From Trueperaceae bacterium (GTDB lineage: Bacteria; Deinococcota; Deinococci; Deinococcales; Trueperaceae), in contig JAXHNB010000010.1 of assembly GCA_034520945.1 (NCBI GenBank), positions 96,001 to 160,000 of the forward strand: a stretch of DNA of 64,000 bases, read 5' to 3'. The notes beneath the pieces were generated by a model. The model ran no database searches, was not told the origin of the DNA, and saw nothing but the letters and a program-made list of their open reading frames with translations. Positions 1-8,766 of this stretch are shown piece by piece. Both the position numbers and the translations under genes were made by a program. Within the stretch, counting starts at the first letter, position 1. Every line of letters starts with the position of its first letter.

Positions 1-1
1 G

Positions 2-1867
2 GACGGCCGGTTCAGCGTGCCGGTGCCCACCAACTGGGAGGCCCGGACGGAGGACGGCCGCGTGGTGCTGAGCGATCCTGAGGGGACCCTTCGCGTCGAC
101 ACCCTCGCGATCGAGGGCGCCACGGTCGAGGAGGCGATCGCGGAGGCGTGGACGCGCGTCGACCCTGCGTTCGACCGTGAGCCCGTGCGGACGGACGAGC
201 CGCCCGCCCGTGGCGGCTACGAGCGGATCGTGCAGCACACCTACAGCGAACCCGGCGACGAACGGTCGGCGCTGGCGGTGGGACGCCTGCACCAGGACAC
301 GGTGTACGTGCAACTGGTCGAGGGGCCGACGGCCGCGATGCAGCGCCGCTCGTCGCAGGTGAACATCGCCGTGAGCGGCCTCGAGGTGCACGCCATTCAA
401 GAGGAGACGCTGTCGCCGGATCAGGTTCGCGCGTTGGACGAGGAACGCTTGCAGCAGCTGGAGGCGTACGTCGAGGAGGTCAGGGAGCGCTTCGACGTGC
501 CGGGTGCCACGGTGTCGGTGGTGCAGGACGGGCGGACCGTGTACGCCCGCGGCTTCGGCACCACCGGACCTGAGGGGCGCGAGGTGCGCGCCTCGACGCG
601 GATGATGATCGGGTCGACCACCAAGACGCTGACGACCATGATGATGGGCGTGCTCGTCGATCGCGGCGAGCTGTCTTGGGACACGCCGGTCGTGGACGTC
701 CTGCCGAACTTCGCCGTGGCCGACCCGGAGATCACCCGCAGCCTCACGGTGGAGAACCTGGTGTGCGCCTGCACCGGCGTGCCCCGCCGCGACTACGAGT
801 TGTTCTTCCAGGGCGAGGGGCTGGACGCCGAGGGCGTGATCGCGTCGTTGGCCGACTTCGAGTTCTTCACCGAGGTCGGCGAGGCGTTCCAGTACAGCAA
901 CCAGATGGTCGCGGTCGGTGGGTACGCGGCCGCGGCCGCCGCCGCCGGCGCCGCGCAGGGGGATCTCTACGGCGGCTACGTCCGCGCAATGCGGCGTCAC
1001 GTGCTGGAACCGATGGGACTGGCCGCGTCGACGTTCTCGTTCGATCGGGTGCGGGACGAGCAGCAGCACGCCATGCCACACGCCCTCGACGCGTCGATGG
1101 TGTACCGGCCGATCCCGCTCGAGGACGAGGCGTTCGTCACGCCGGTCGCGCCGGCCGGCGCGCTGTGGTCCAACGCCGTCGACATGGGCCGCTACCTGAT
1201 CACGTTGCTGAACCGCGGCGTCGCGCCCGACGGCCGGCGCGTCGTGTCGGAGGAGGCGCTGGACAGGTTGTGGACGCCGCAGGTGTCGATCTCGTCCGAC
1301 ACCAGCTACGGCCTCGGCTGGATCATCGGCGAGTACGACGGACTCCGCCTGGCGACGCATGGCGGCAACACGCTCGGCTTCACCTCGGATCTGGCGCTGT
1401 TGCCGGGCGCCGGGCTCGGCGTCAGCGTCCTCGCCAACGCGGGCAACGCCAACGCCTTCACGCAGGCGGTGCGCACGCGCGTGTTCGAGCTGGCGTTCGA
1501 CCAGGCGCAGGACTTCGATCAGGAAGCGACCTTCATGCGGGACTCGTTGCGCCGCAGCTTCGAGGACATCTTCGGCGATCTGGAGGAACGCGTCGAGGCC
1601 GCGACGGTCGCGGACTTCACCGGCCGGTACCGCGAGCCGTCGCTCGGCGAGATCGAGCTTCGCCACGAGGAGGGGCGCCTGATCCTGGACGCCGGCGAGT
1701 TCCGCACGCGGTTGTTGCACGATCCCGAGGAGGAGGTGCCCACCTTCATGACCGGCGATACCCCGCTGCTGGGCGTGCAGGTCCAACTCCGCGAAGGTGA
1801 GGAAGGCACGCCGCGCGTGGTGCTGGGTCAGGGGGCGACCACCTACGGCTTCGAGCCCGTTCCCTGA
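2..1867 (+). CDS. Serine hydrolase, beta-lactamase/class C-like family (5' end outside window)
   Basis: SxxK (GSTTK), YxN (FQYSN) and HGG motifs; frame is open to the window edge. Confidence 0.85.
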   Translation, partial: DGRFSVPVPTNWEARTEDGRVVLSDPEGTLRVDTLAIEGATVEEAIAEAWTRVDPAFDREPVRTDEPPARGGYERIVQHTYSEPGDERSALAVGRLHQDTVYVQLVEGPTAAMQRRSSQVNIAVSGLEVHAIQEETLSPDQVRALDEERLQQLEAYVEEVRERFDVPGATVSVVQDGRTVYARGFGTTGPEGREVRASTRMMIGSTTKTLTTMMMGVLVDRGELSWDTPVVDVLPNFAVADPEITRSLTVENLVCACTGVPRRDYELFFQGEGLDAEGVIASLADFEFFTEVGEAFQYSNQMVAVGGYAAAAAAAGAAQGDLYGGYVRAMRRHVLEPMGLAASTFSFDRVRDEQQHAMPHALDASMVYRPIPLEDEAFVTPVAPAGALWSNAVDMGRYLITLLNRGVAPDGRRVVSEEALDRLWTPQVSISSDTSYGLGWIIGEYDGLRLATHGGNTLGFTSDLALLPGAGLGVSVLANAGNANAFTQAVRTRVFELAFDQAQDFDQEATFMRDSLRRSFEDIFGDLEERVEAATVADFTGRYREPSLGEIELRHEEGRLILDAGEFRTRLLHDPEEEVPTFMTGDTPLLGVQVQLREGEEGTPRVVLGQGATTYGFEPVP

Positions 1868-1886
1868 GGCGGGCGCGCGGAACACG

Positions 1887-1985
1887 AAAATAACCCCCCT
1901 GGGTTGACGGTGGCCTAGGCGGTCACGCGCTCCGGGGGGTTTGTATCAGGAGGTGGAGCGAGCCTGCGGTGCTCCCTCCTGAACC
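1887..1985. ncRNA. Putative structured RNA element, copy 1 (two hairpins)
   Basis: AACCCCCC..GGGGGGTT stem, linker TGTA, TCAGGAG..CTCCTGA stem; minus strand has a TAAGCT -10-like box (1992-1997) upstream and TTATTTT downstream. Confidence 0.5.
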
Positions 1986-2095
1986 ACCCGTAGCTTAGCG
2001 AGTCCGCTCGGCAGGCTGCAGGGACGAACGTCCCCGCGGGTCGAACCTCGCGCGTGCGCGCCCACGGGCGCAATGCGAGACCGCAGCACATGAAT

Positions 2096-2178
2096 CACCC
2101 CCTGGCGCGTCGCGGCCTCTCGGCCACCCCGCCAGGGGGTTGCATCAGGTGGACGCGGGCGCTGCCCGCGTCCCCTGA
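2096..2178. ncRNA. Putative structured RNA element, copy 2 (two hairpins)
   Basis: ACCCCCTGGCG..CGCCAGGGGGT stem, TGCA linker, TCAGG-TGGACGCGGGC..GCCCGCGTCC-CCTGA stem; same architecture as copy 1. Confidence 0.5.
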
Positions 2179-2261
2179 GTGCGGCGATTGATAGCGGCTA
2201 CCCGGGCCGGGCGACAGGGGCGAATGTCCCGGTTCGTCGGCCTGGGTGGCAGGTGTACGGT

Positions 2262-3755
2262 TCAGTCCGCTGGTGCCGCCTCCGTGCTGGCCGTACCGGC
2301 GGCGGCCAGCGCCCGCTCGACGCGGCGGCCGTAGTCCTCGTCCGCGCGGTAGAGGTGCGCGACCCACCGTTCTTGGACCTCGGTGCGGGCCTGTGACAGA
2401 CCTTCGGCGGTGCGGGCGGCGACGCGGTCGCGGTGGGCGTCGTCGAACATGCGGTACAGGTCGCCGGCCTGCGTGTAGTCGTCCTGGTCCTGGTAGGCGT
2501 CCCAGCGGTCCACCACCACCTGGCCCAGGTCCCAGGCGGGGTCGCGCTCGTCGGGCGCGTCCTTCGGTGCGCCGGACACGCTGTTGGGGTGGTAGTTGGG
2601 GTGCGCGTGCGGGTTGGGCTGCGCCATCAAGCCGTCGCGGGTGTAGGTGTTCACCTCGGTGCGGGGGCGGTTCACGTCCAGCTTGTCGTGGTTCACGCCC
2701 AAGCGGTAGGCCTGCGTGTCGGCGTAGCTCATCAGGCGTGCCTGCAGCATCTTGTCGGGGCTGGCCCCGATGCCGGGCACCAGCGCGCTGGGCTTGAAGG
2801 CGGCCTGCTCGACCTCGGCGAAGTAGTCGACCGGGTTGCGGTTCAGGGTCAGGCGCCCTACCTCGATCAGCGGGAACTCGGCGTGCGGCCACACCTTGGT
2901 GAGATCGAACGGGTTCCAGCGGAAGGCGTCGGCCTGCTCCTGGGTCATGACCTGGATCTTGAGCGTCCAGGAGGGATGATCGCCGCGTTCGATCGCGCCG
3001 TACAGGTCGCGTTGGTGCGACTCGCGGTCGCCGCCTACGATGGTGGCGGCCTCGTCGTCCATCAGGTTGCGGACGCCCTGGTCGGTCTTCCAGTGGAACT
3101 TGACCCAGATGCGCTCACCGGCGTCGTTGATCAGCGAGTAGGTGTGGCTGCCGTAGCCGTTCTGGTGCCGGTAGCTGGCCGGCAGGCCGCGGTCGCTCAT
3201 CAGGATGGTGACCTGGTGCAGCGACTCGGGCGACATCGACCAGAAGTCCCACTGCATGTCCATGTCCCGCACGTGCGTGCGGGGGTGGCGCTTCTGCGAG
3301 TGGATGAACGACGCGAACTTGAGGGGGTCGCGCGCGAAGAACACCGGCGTGTTGTTGCCGACCAGGTCCCAGTTTCCCTCTTCGGTGTAGAGCCGTACGC
3401 TGAAGCCGCGCACGTCCCGCTCGGCGTCGGCCGCGCCGCGCTCGCCGGCCACGGTGGAGAAGCGCACGAAGGCGTCGGTGGTCTTCCCCACCTCGCGCAG
3501 GCAGGCCGCCTTGGTGTAGCGACTGACGTCGTTCGTCACCGTGAACGTGCCGTAGGCGCCGGAGCCCTTGGCGTGGACGACGCGTTCTGGGATGCGTTCG
3601 CGGTTGAAGTGCTGCATCTGCTCGAGCAGTTGGACGTCCTGCATCAGCAGTGGGCCGCGTGGGCCGGCGGTCTGGCTGTTCTTCTGGTCGGCGATGGGGG
3701 CGCCGGTCTTGGTGGTGAGGGTGGGGCGATCGTCGCGGGCGTCGTCGTTGGACAT
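2262..3755 (-). CDS. katA: Monofunctional heme catalase (small subunit)
   Basis: FNRERIPERVVHAKGSGA, RFSTVAGE, VGNNTPVFF and RLMSYADTQ signatures. Confidence 0.97.
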   Translation of the reverse strand: MSNDDARDDRPTLTTKTGAPIADQKNSQTAGPRGPLLMQDVQLLEQMQHFNRERIPERVVHAKGSGAYGTFTVTNDVSRYTKAACLREVGKTTDAFVRFSTVAGERGAADAERDVRGFSVRLYTEEGNWDLVGNNTPVFFARDPLKFASFIHSQKRHPRTHVRDMDMQWDFWSMSPESLHQVTILMSDRGLPASYRHQNGYGSHTYSLINDAGERIWVKFHWKTDQGVRNLMDDEAATIVGGDRESHQRDLYGAIERGDHPSWTLKIQVMTQEQADAFRWNPFDLTKVWPHAEFPLIEVGRLTLNRNPVDYFAEVEQAAFKPSALVPGIGASPDKMLQARLMSYADTQAYRLGVNHDKLDVNRPRTEVNTYTRDGLMAQPNPHAHPNYHPNSVSGAPKDAPDERDPAWDLGQVVVDRWDAYQDQDDYTQAGDLYRMFDDAHRDRVAARTAEGLSQARTEVQERWVAHLYRADEDYGRRVERALAAAGTASTEAAPAD

Positions 3756-3887
3756 GGATCCTCCGGGGTGTCGGGATCGGCGTGGGTTCCGGGCATCGGG
3801 GCCGCACGGGCCGGTCCGGCCGTGGGCGTACGTGCCTAGCCTACCGACTCGCGCGCCATTGGTCCAATCGAACGTGCGCAGTATACG

Positions 3888-3902
3888 ATAGTATGCATCT
3901 AT
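3888..3902. promoter_or_regulatory. OxyR/LysR-type operator ATAG-N7-CTAT overlapping the leaderless oxyR promoter
   Basis: ATAG TATGCAT CTAT in the divergent katA-oxyR gap; TAGTAT -10 lies 6 nt before the oxyR ATG. Confidence 0.7.
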
Positions 3903-4830
3903 GGGCCGACCCGCCGGCGAGGTGACCTTTCAGCAACTCCGCTACCTGGTGGCGCTGGTGGACCACGGCCACTTCGGGCGCGCCGCCGCATCGTGCCGCG
4001 TCAGCCAACCCACGCTCAGCACCCAGCTCCGACGCTTGGAGGAACGTCTGGGGGCGTCCTTGGTGGACCGTGCCGCGTCGCCCCCCTCGGCCACGCCGTT
4101 GGGTGCGCGGGTCGCCGCCCTAGCGCGCGGGTTGCTGCTGGGACGCGAAGAGTTGATCGGTACCGCGCGCCAGGAGGCGGAGGCGCTGCGCGGCCCGATC
4201 CGCTTGGGGGTCATTCCCACCCTGGCGCCCTACCTTCTGCCGGCCCTGGCGCCGCAGGTGCGTCAACGCTGGCCGGAGGTGACGATGGAGGTGGTCGAGC
4301 GGCCCACGCACGATCTGACCGAGCTCCTCCGGCAGGGCGCGCTGGACGTGGCGCTGGTGGCCACCCGTGAGCACGACCCGTCGTGGAGCGGACGCGTGCT
4401 CGGGTACGAGCCGTTCGTGTGTTACCTCGCGCCGGCGCATCCCCTGCTTCGCTTCGACACGGTGGACGCGGCCGCGTTGCCGCACGACGAACTCTGGCTC
4501 CTCAGGGACGGGCACTGCTTCCGCGATCAGGTGCTGGCAGCGTGCGGCGCCGACGGGGCCGGGATGGTGGGCGGCGTCCGCATCGAGAGCGGCGCGCTCG
4601 GCACCTTGGGGCGCATGGTCGACACGGCGGGCGGTCTGACGCTGTTGCCGCGCATGGCGGTGGCCGCCATGGGACCGGACGAACGGGCGCGCGTCCGGCC
4701 GTTCGCGCCGCCGCGGCCCGGTCGCACGCTCCGGGCGCTGGTCCGGCGGGCGTACGCCAAGCGCGCCGTCGTGGAGGCCTTCATCGGGGCGGCGGCCGAG
4801 ACGATCGCGCGTTACGAAAAAGCGGACTGA
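3901..4830 (+). CDS. oxyR: Hydrogen peroxide-sensing LysR regulator OxyR
   Basis: LysR HTH (HFGRAAASCRVSQPTLS), GVIPTLAPYLLP, and the redox Cys pair GHCFRDQVLAAC; divergent from catalase. Confidence 0.92.
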   Translation: MGRPAGEVTFQQLRYLVALVDHGHFGRAAASCRVSQPTLSTQLRRLEERLGASLVDRAASPPSATPLGARVAALARGLLLGREELIGTARQEAEALRGPIRLGVIPTLAPYLLPALAPQVRQRWPEVTMEVVERPTHDLTELLRQGALDVALVATREHDPSWSGRVLGYEPFVCYLAPAHPLLRFDTVDAAALPHDELWLLRDGHCFRDQVLAACGADGAGMVGGVRIESGALGTLGRMVDTAGGLTLLPRMAVAAMGPDERARVRPFAPPRPGRTLRALVRRAYAKRAVVEAFIGAAAETIARYEKAD

Positions 4831-4861
4831 GAACCGATCCCGCCCGCTGCGACGTGCCTGT

Positions 4862-5395
4862 TCAGCAGCAGTTCTGGGCGGCGACGGCCGCGTCCTGTTC
4901 GGGGTCCCGTCCTTCGGGCGCAGCCGGCCCGCAACACCCGCCGGCGCTGGCCGGCTGTGCCACGGGGAGGTCGCCGACCGATCGGTCGATCGCCTTGCAG
5001 GCCACGCCCGGGGCCTCGAGGCGAACGCGCAATCCCCCCGCGGCGTCGCGCGTCACGCCTTGGACCAGGTAGGAGATCGCGGCATTCCCGGGCCTGCCCG
5101 TCTCGACCCGGACGGGGGCGTCCGGTTCGAGCGGGACGGCGCCCGCGACCTGGCGGTAGATCCCCATGAACTTCTCCGCCGTCATCGCGTGCGCTTCGGG
5201 CTCGGCCGGGGGCACGACCTGCAGCACGGTCTCGTTCCACGCGTTGGTGCGGCCGCCGCAGTCGACCGAGTGCACGCGGACCGACTTGAACTCGGTGACG
5301 TGGTAGCCGGGCGGGACGGTCCAGTCGTCGGTGACGAAGTGCAGGGAGGCGTCGGGCTGGTTGCGAAGCGCGGACAGAAAGTCTTGGGTGGTCAT
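4862..5395 (-). CDS. DUF6428-like protein (Cys-rich C-terminus)
   Basis: VPPGYHVTEFK and VDCGG..W.ET motifs, ACKA, GGCCG, terminal CC; RBS GGAAGGA before ATG 5395. Confidence 0.7.
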   Translation of the reverse strand: MTTQDFLSALRNQPDASLHFVTDDWTVPPGYHVTEFKSVRVHSVDCGGRTNAWNETVLQVVPPAEPEAHAMTAEKFMGIYRQVAGAVPLEPDAPVRVETGRPGNAAISYLVQGVTRDAAGGLRVRLEAPGVACKAIDRSVGDLPVAQPASAGGCCGPAAPEGRDPEQDAAVAAQNCC

Positions 5396-5450
5396 GACGC
5401 GTTCCTTCCAGGTCGTGGGCGTGATGGCATTGTCCTTGATCGTACGTGAC

Positions 5451-5470
5451 GCATCGACGGACGTCAATGC
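5451..5470. promoter_or_regulatory. Inverted repeat, putative ArsR/SmtB-type operator
   Basis: GCATCGACG-GA-CGTCAATGC (9-2-9, one mismatch) upstream of the DUF6428-like gene. Confidence 0.45.
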
Positions 5471-5545
5471 ACTGAACGTCATGGCCAATCGCGCCGCGCC
5501 CCGCCCTGACGGTGCGCAGCGCGCCGCACGCGGCGCGCCCGGCCG

Positions 5546-6517
5546 TCAGAGCGCCTCTTCGCGCCGATCGTGGGCCGGGGGGACCTCGGGCGTGAGGGCG
5601 GAGATCTCGTCGCGCATCCGCTCGGTCATCTCGAACTCGGCCGCCGCCAGGGCCGGCGCCAGCTGCTCCGTGTCACGCGCGCCCAGGATGGGGGCCGTCA
5701 CGGCCGGGTGCGATCCCACCCACGCCACGGCCAGGGTGACGGGATGCACGCCCTGCTCCTGGGCGTAGGCCGTGAACCGTTCGGCCACCTGGTAGTCGGT
5801 GTCGCGGCCGTAGCGACGCGCGTACTGGTCGCTCTCCACCAGCCGCCCTCGGTCCGGCCGGGTGTCGGGCCCGTACTTGCCGCTCAGCAATCCTCCGCCG
5901 ACGGGGCTGTAAGGAAACACCGCCAGCCCCTCCGACGCCGCCAGGGGAAGGATCTCGACCTCCGCCTGGCGCTTGACCAGGTTGTACATCGGTTGGACCG
6001 CCTCGAATCGCGCCAGGCCCTCCGCCGCGGAGGCGCCCAGCGCCTTGGCGATCTGCCAGGCCGCCCAGTTGCTGACGGCGGGGTACAGGATCAGGCCGTC
6101 ACGCACCAGGTCGTCCAGCGCGCGCAGGGTTTCCTCGATCGGCACGTCCGGGTCGAACTGGTGCAGGTAGTACAGGTCCAGCCGGTCGGTGCCGAGGCGC
6201 CGCAGCGACTGCTCGACCGCGCGGGTGACGTGCCGGCGGGACAGCCCCTGGTCGTTCGGGCCCTCCCCCATGCGGCCGAACACCTTGCTGGCGATCACCA
6301 GGTCGTCGCGCATCTCTTTGATCAGGCCGCCCAGGATCCGTTCCGAGCGGCCCTGGCCGTAGACGTTGGCGGTGTCGAACATGTCGATGCCCGCGTCCAG
6401 GCAGGCATGGAACATCGCGGCGGAGGCGTCCTCGTCGGCCGTGGTGCCGAACGACATGGTGCCGAAGCAGAGCGAGGAGACGCGAACGCCGGTGCGGCCC
6501 AACAGTCGGTGGTCCAT
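5546..6517 (-). CDS. Aldo/keto reductase
   Basis: LGRTGVRVSSLCFGTM, FDTANVYG, SLRRLGTDRLDLYYLH, YSPVGGGLL; TACACT 5 nt before ATG. Confidence 0.93.
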   Translation of the reverse strand: MDHRLLGRTGVRVSSLCFGTMSFGTTADEDASAAMFHACLDAGIDMFDTANVYGQGRSERILGGLIKEMRDDLVIASKVFGRMGEGPNDQGLSRRHVTRAVEQSLRRLGTDRLDLYYLHQFDPDVPIEETLRALDDLVRDGLILYPAVSNWAAWQIAKALGASAAEGLARFEAVQPMYNLVKRQAEVEILPLAASEGLAVFPYSPVGGGLLSGKYGPDTRPDRGRLVESDQYARRYGRDTDYQVAERFTAYAQEQGVHPVTLAVAWVGSHPAVTAPILGARDTEQLAPALAAAEFEMTERMRDEISALTPEVPPAHDRREEAL

Positions 6518-6639
6518 GCCCGAGTGTACCGGGGCGGGCGGCACGCCGGAGGCGTCCGCTCAGGGACGCCGTACGGCCCTGAGCCGCGCTGTCGTCCACG
6601 CGGGGTTCACGCACCGAGGATCGTGGTACGAAGCCACGC

Positions 6640-7290
6640 ATGAGCTGCGGTCGCTGCTACGGCCAGGACGCCATGTTCGATGCGCGCGTGGCGCGCGCCG
6701 ACCTGCGCCGCTTTCGCCGCCGTGGCCCCTCCCGTGCCACGAGGCGGCTGGTGGACGCCCTCCGCGCCGAGGGCGTCGAGAACGTGCAGCTGTTGGACGT
6801 CGGTGGCGGGGTCGGGGCCGTCGCGTTTTTGTTATTGGCCGCAGGTGCGCGGGCCGTCACCGCGGTGGACGCCTCCCGTGCCTACCTGCAGGTGGCCGAA
6901 GAGGAGGCCGTCCGACGCAATGTGCACGAGCGAATCTCGTTCCATCACGGCGACCTCGTCGCCCTGGCGCCGGACCTGGGGGACGCGGACGTGACCACGC
7001 TGGACCGCGTGCTGTGCTGCGACCCGGACATGGCCGGGCTGATTCAGGCGTCGACCGGCCGCACCCGCGATTTGTACGGCGTCGTGTACCCGCGCCAGGC
7101 CTTCTGGACCCGCTGGGGCGTCGCCGCGATCAACCTGGCGTTGCGGCTGCGGGGCTCGGCCATGCGCGTGTTCGTGCACGACCCCGGCGCCATCCGGCGT
7201 CACATCGAGGCGGCGGGGTTCCGGCGCCGCTTCGCCCAGCCGGGCGCGTTGTGGCGCGTGGAGGTGTACCAGCGGGTCTCGCCTGCTTGA
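6640..7290 (+). CDS. Class I SAM-dependent methyltransferase
   Basis: LLDVGGGVG motif I, VDAS, LDRVLCC. Confidence 0.8.
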   Translation: MSCGRCYGQDAMFDARVARADLRRFRRRGPSRATRRLVDALRAEGVENVQLLDVGGGVGAVAFLLLAAGARAVTAVDASRAYLQVAEEEAVRRNVHERISFHHGDLVALAPDLGDADVTTLDRVLCCDPDMAGLIQASTGRTRDLYGVVYPRQAFWTRWGVAAINLALRLRGSAMRVFVHDPGAIRRHIEAAGFRRRFAQPGALWRVEVYQRVSPA

Positions 7291-7305
7291 GGCGCACGGC
7301 GGTCG

Positions 7306-7914
7306 TCACGACAGCCACTGCAAGGCAGGCTCGGCCAGGAACGCCAGTGCGATGTTGAACACCAGGTTGCCGAACGCGAGCGGCACCATCACCCGCACGA
7401 ACGGGTAGCGCGCCACGCCCATCGTCACCCCCACCAGGTCGTTCGAGAACGGCGCCACGGCGCCGTACACGAAGAAGAACGCGGGAACCAGGCGCGGAAA
7501 GCGACGCAGGAAGTGGTACAGACGTTGCGCCGCTGAGCGCATCCGCGGCGGCACGACCGCCTGCCCCTGATAGCCCAGCGCGTACGACACCGAATCGCCC
7601 GCCATCACGGCCGACGCCGCGGTCAGGCCCAGCAGCCACGGGTTCATGCCGCCCAGCGCCAGGGTCACCACCACCAAATGGTAGGGGGTGGCGCCGAACA
7701 GGCTGAGGCCGCTCACGAAGGCGAGTCCGAACAGGAGCAGGTACGCGTTCTCTGGCCCGACCCGCGCCACCAGCGCCTCCGGGGAGATGTTGAGGAGCAG
7801 TACCGTTCCCCCGGCCACGAAGGCCACGAGCAGCACCAGCGGCAAATACCGCGCCACGCGCTGCCACCTCGTGGCTCGCGTATGGGGCTCGTCGGGGGCG
7901 TTCCTCTCCAACAT
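7306..7914 (-). CDS. DedA/VTT-like membrane protein
   Basis: Several hydrophobic helices; GDSVSYALG and PFSNDLV..MG..RYP pattern. Confidence 0.65.
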   Translation of the reverse strand: MLERNAPDEPHTRATRWQRVARYLPLVLLVAFVAGGTVLLLNISPEALVARVGPENAYLLLFGLAFVSGLSLFGATPYHLVVVTLALGGMNPWLLGLTAASAVMAGDSVSYALGYQGQAVVPPRMRSAAQRLYHFLRRFPRLVPAFFFVYGAVAPFSNDLVGVTMGVARYPFVRVMVPLAFGNLVFNIALAFLAEPALQWLS

Positions 7915-8020
7915 CCGGGTCAGTATCGCACCTGCACGGGCTCCGGGCGGAACGACGCTCGTCGCTGGCCACGTCCGTGCGTTTCGGGCCGGCGCTACCG
8001 CCCGCGCCGCCTGCCGGCGA

Positions 8021-8227
8021 TCAACGCCTGGCCAGTCCGATCAGGACCAGCGCGCCCACGACCATGCATATCCCCCCGGCCCACGTCCAGAACTGCGTTC
8101 CCGTCATGGGACTGCCGCCCAACACGCCGACGCCCTGCAACGTCCACACGGCCCCGATCAGAAGCAAGACGATCCCGAGGATGGCGCGGACTGCCGGTCG
8201 GTTCATATCCATTCCTCCCGTCCCCAT
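8021..8227 (-). CDS. Small two-TM membrane protein
   Basis: GAVWTLQGVGVLGGSPMTG..FW pattern; true start may be the internal ATG after GGAGG. Confidence 0.6.
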   Translation of the reverse strand: MGTGGMDMNRPAVRAILGIVLLLIGAVWTLQGVGVLGGSPMTGTQFWTWAGGICMVVGALVLIGLARR

Positions 8228-8427
8228 CGTGGGACGCCTCGAGGGTAGCGCACGAGGGGCGACCGAGCTGCTGGGATGCGCCGCAGCGCCGCCGGCCTAT
8301 GCGCCTTCATTGCCTCCGTCTTCATCGCGGACCTGCTCCGATGTGTGAACACGCCCTATGCCAAGGGTTCGGGCACCGAGATGGATGTCCCTACCCGCCG
8401 CCGGGCGCCAAGCCTGACAATCGGACT

Positions 8428-8766
8428 ATGGAATGGGCCCGCACGTGCGTTGGTACCCGTAGAGAGGTAGAGGGCCGCGGCGAGACGTGCCACGACGCCG
8501 GCGTTTGCCCCCTGAGCGCGCTGGCGTGCGGCGCCGGGGGCACGGTCGTGCAGCTACCCGAGAACCCGCGCGTCGCCCGCCGCCTGTCGGCGCTGGGCAT
8601 TCGACCCAGCATCGCGTGTCACGTGCTGGGGCGTACGCCCCTCGGGGGGCCGATCCACCTTCGGGCCGGCTCCGTCCACCTCATGCTCCGTACCTGCGAA
8701 GCGGCCGGCGTGCTGGTCGTGCCGGACGGGACGCCCGACCCAGACGATGTCCTGCCCGCGCTGTAG
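8428..8766 (+). CDS. feoA: Ferrous iron transport protein A
   Basis: RRLSALGIRP..GRTPLGGPIHL..LMLR..EA SH3-like pattern; directly upstream of feoB; ATG 6 nt after GACAAT. Confidence 0.8.
   Translation: MEWARTCVGTRREVEGRGETCHDAGVCPLSALACGAGGTVVQLPENPRVARRLSALGIRPSIACHVLGRTPLGGPIHLRAGSVHLMLRTCEAAGVLVVPDGTPDPDDVLPAL

Noticed and set aside
1943..1985. TATCAGGAGGTGGAGCGA resembles the start of a SAM-I riboswitch
   Set aside because: No GGCAACC or GGTGCC..TCC elements follow, and there is no downstream + strand gene.
1887..2250. CRISPR array or MITE
   Set aside because: Only two diverged units, no identical repeat-spacer pattern, no cas or transposase gene, and no target-site duplication seen.
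8366..8382. TCGG-N3-CCGA upstream of feoA as a DtxR/MntR box
   Set aside because: Too short to be significant at this GC content.
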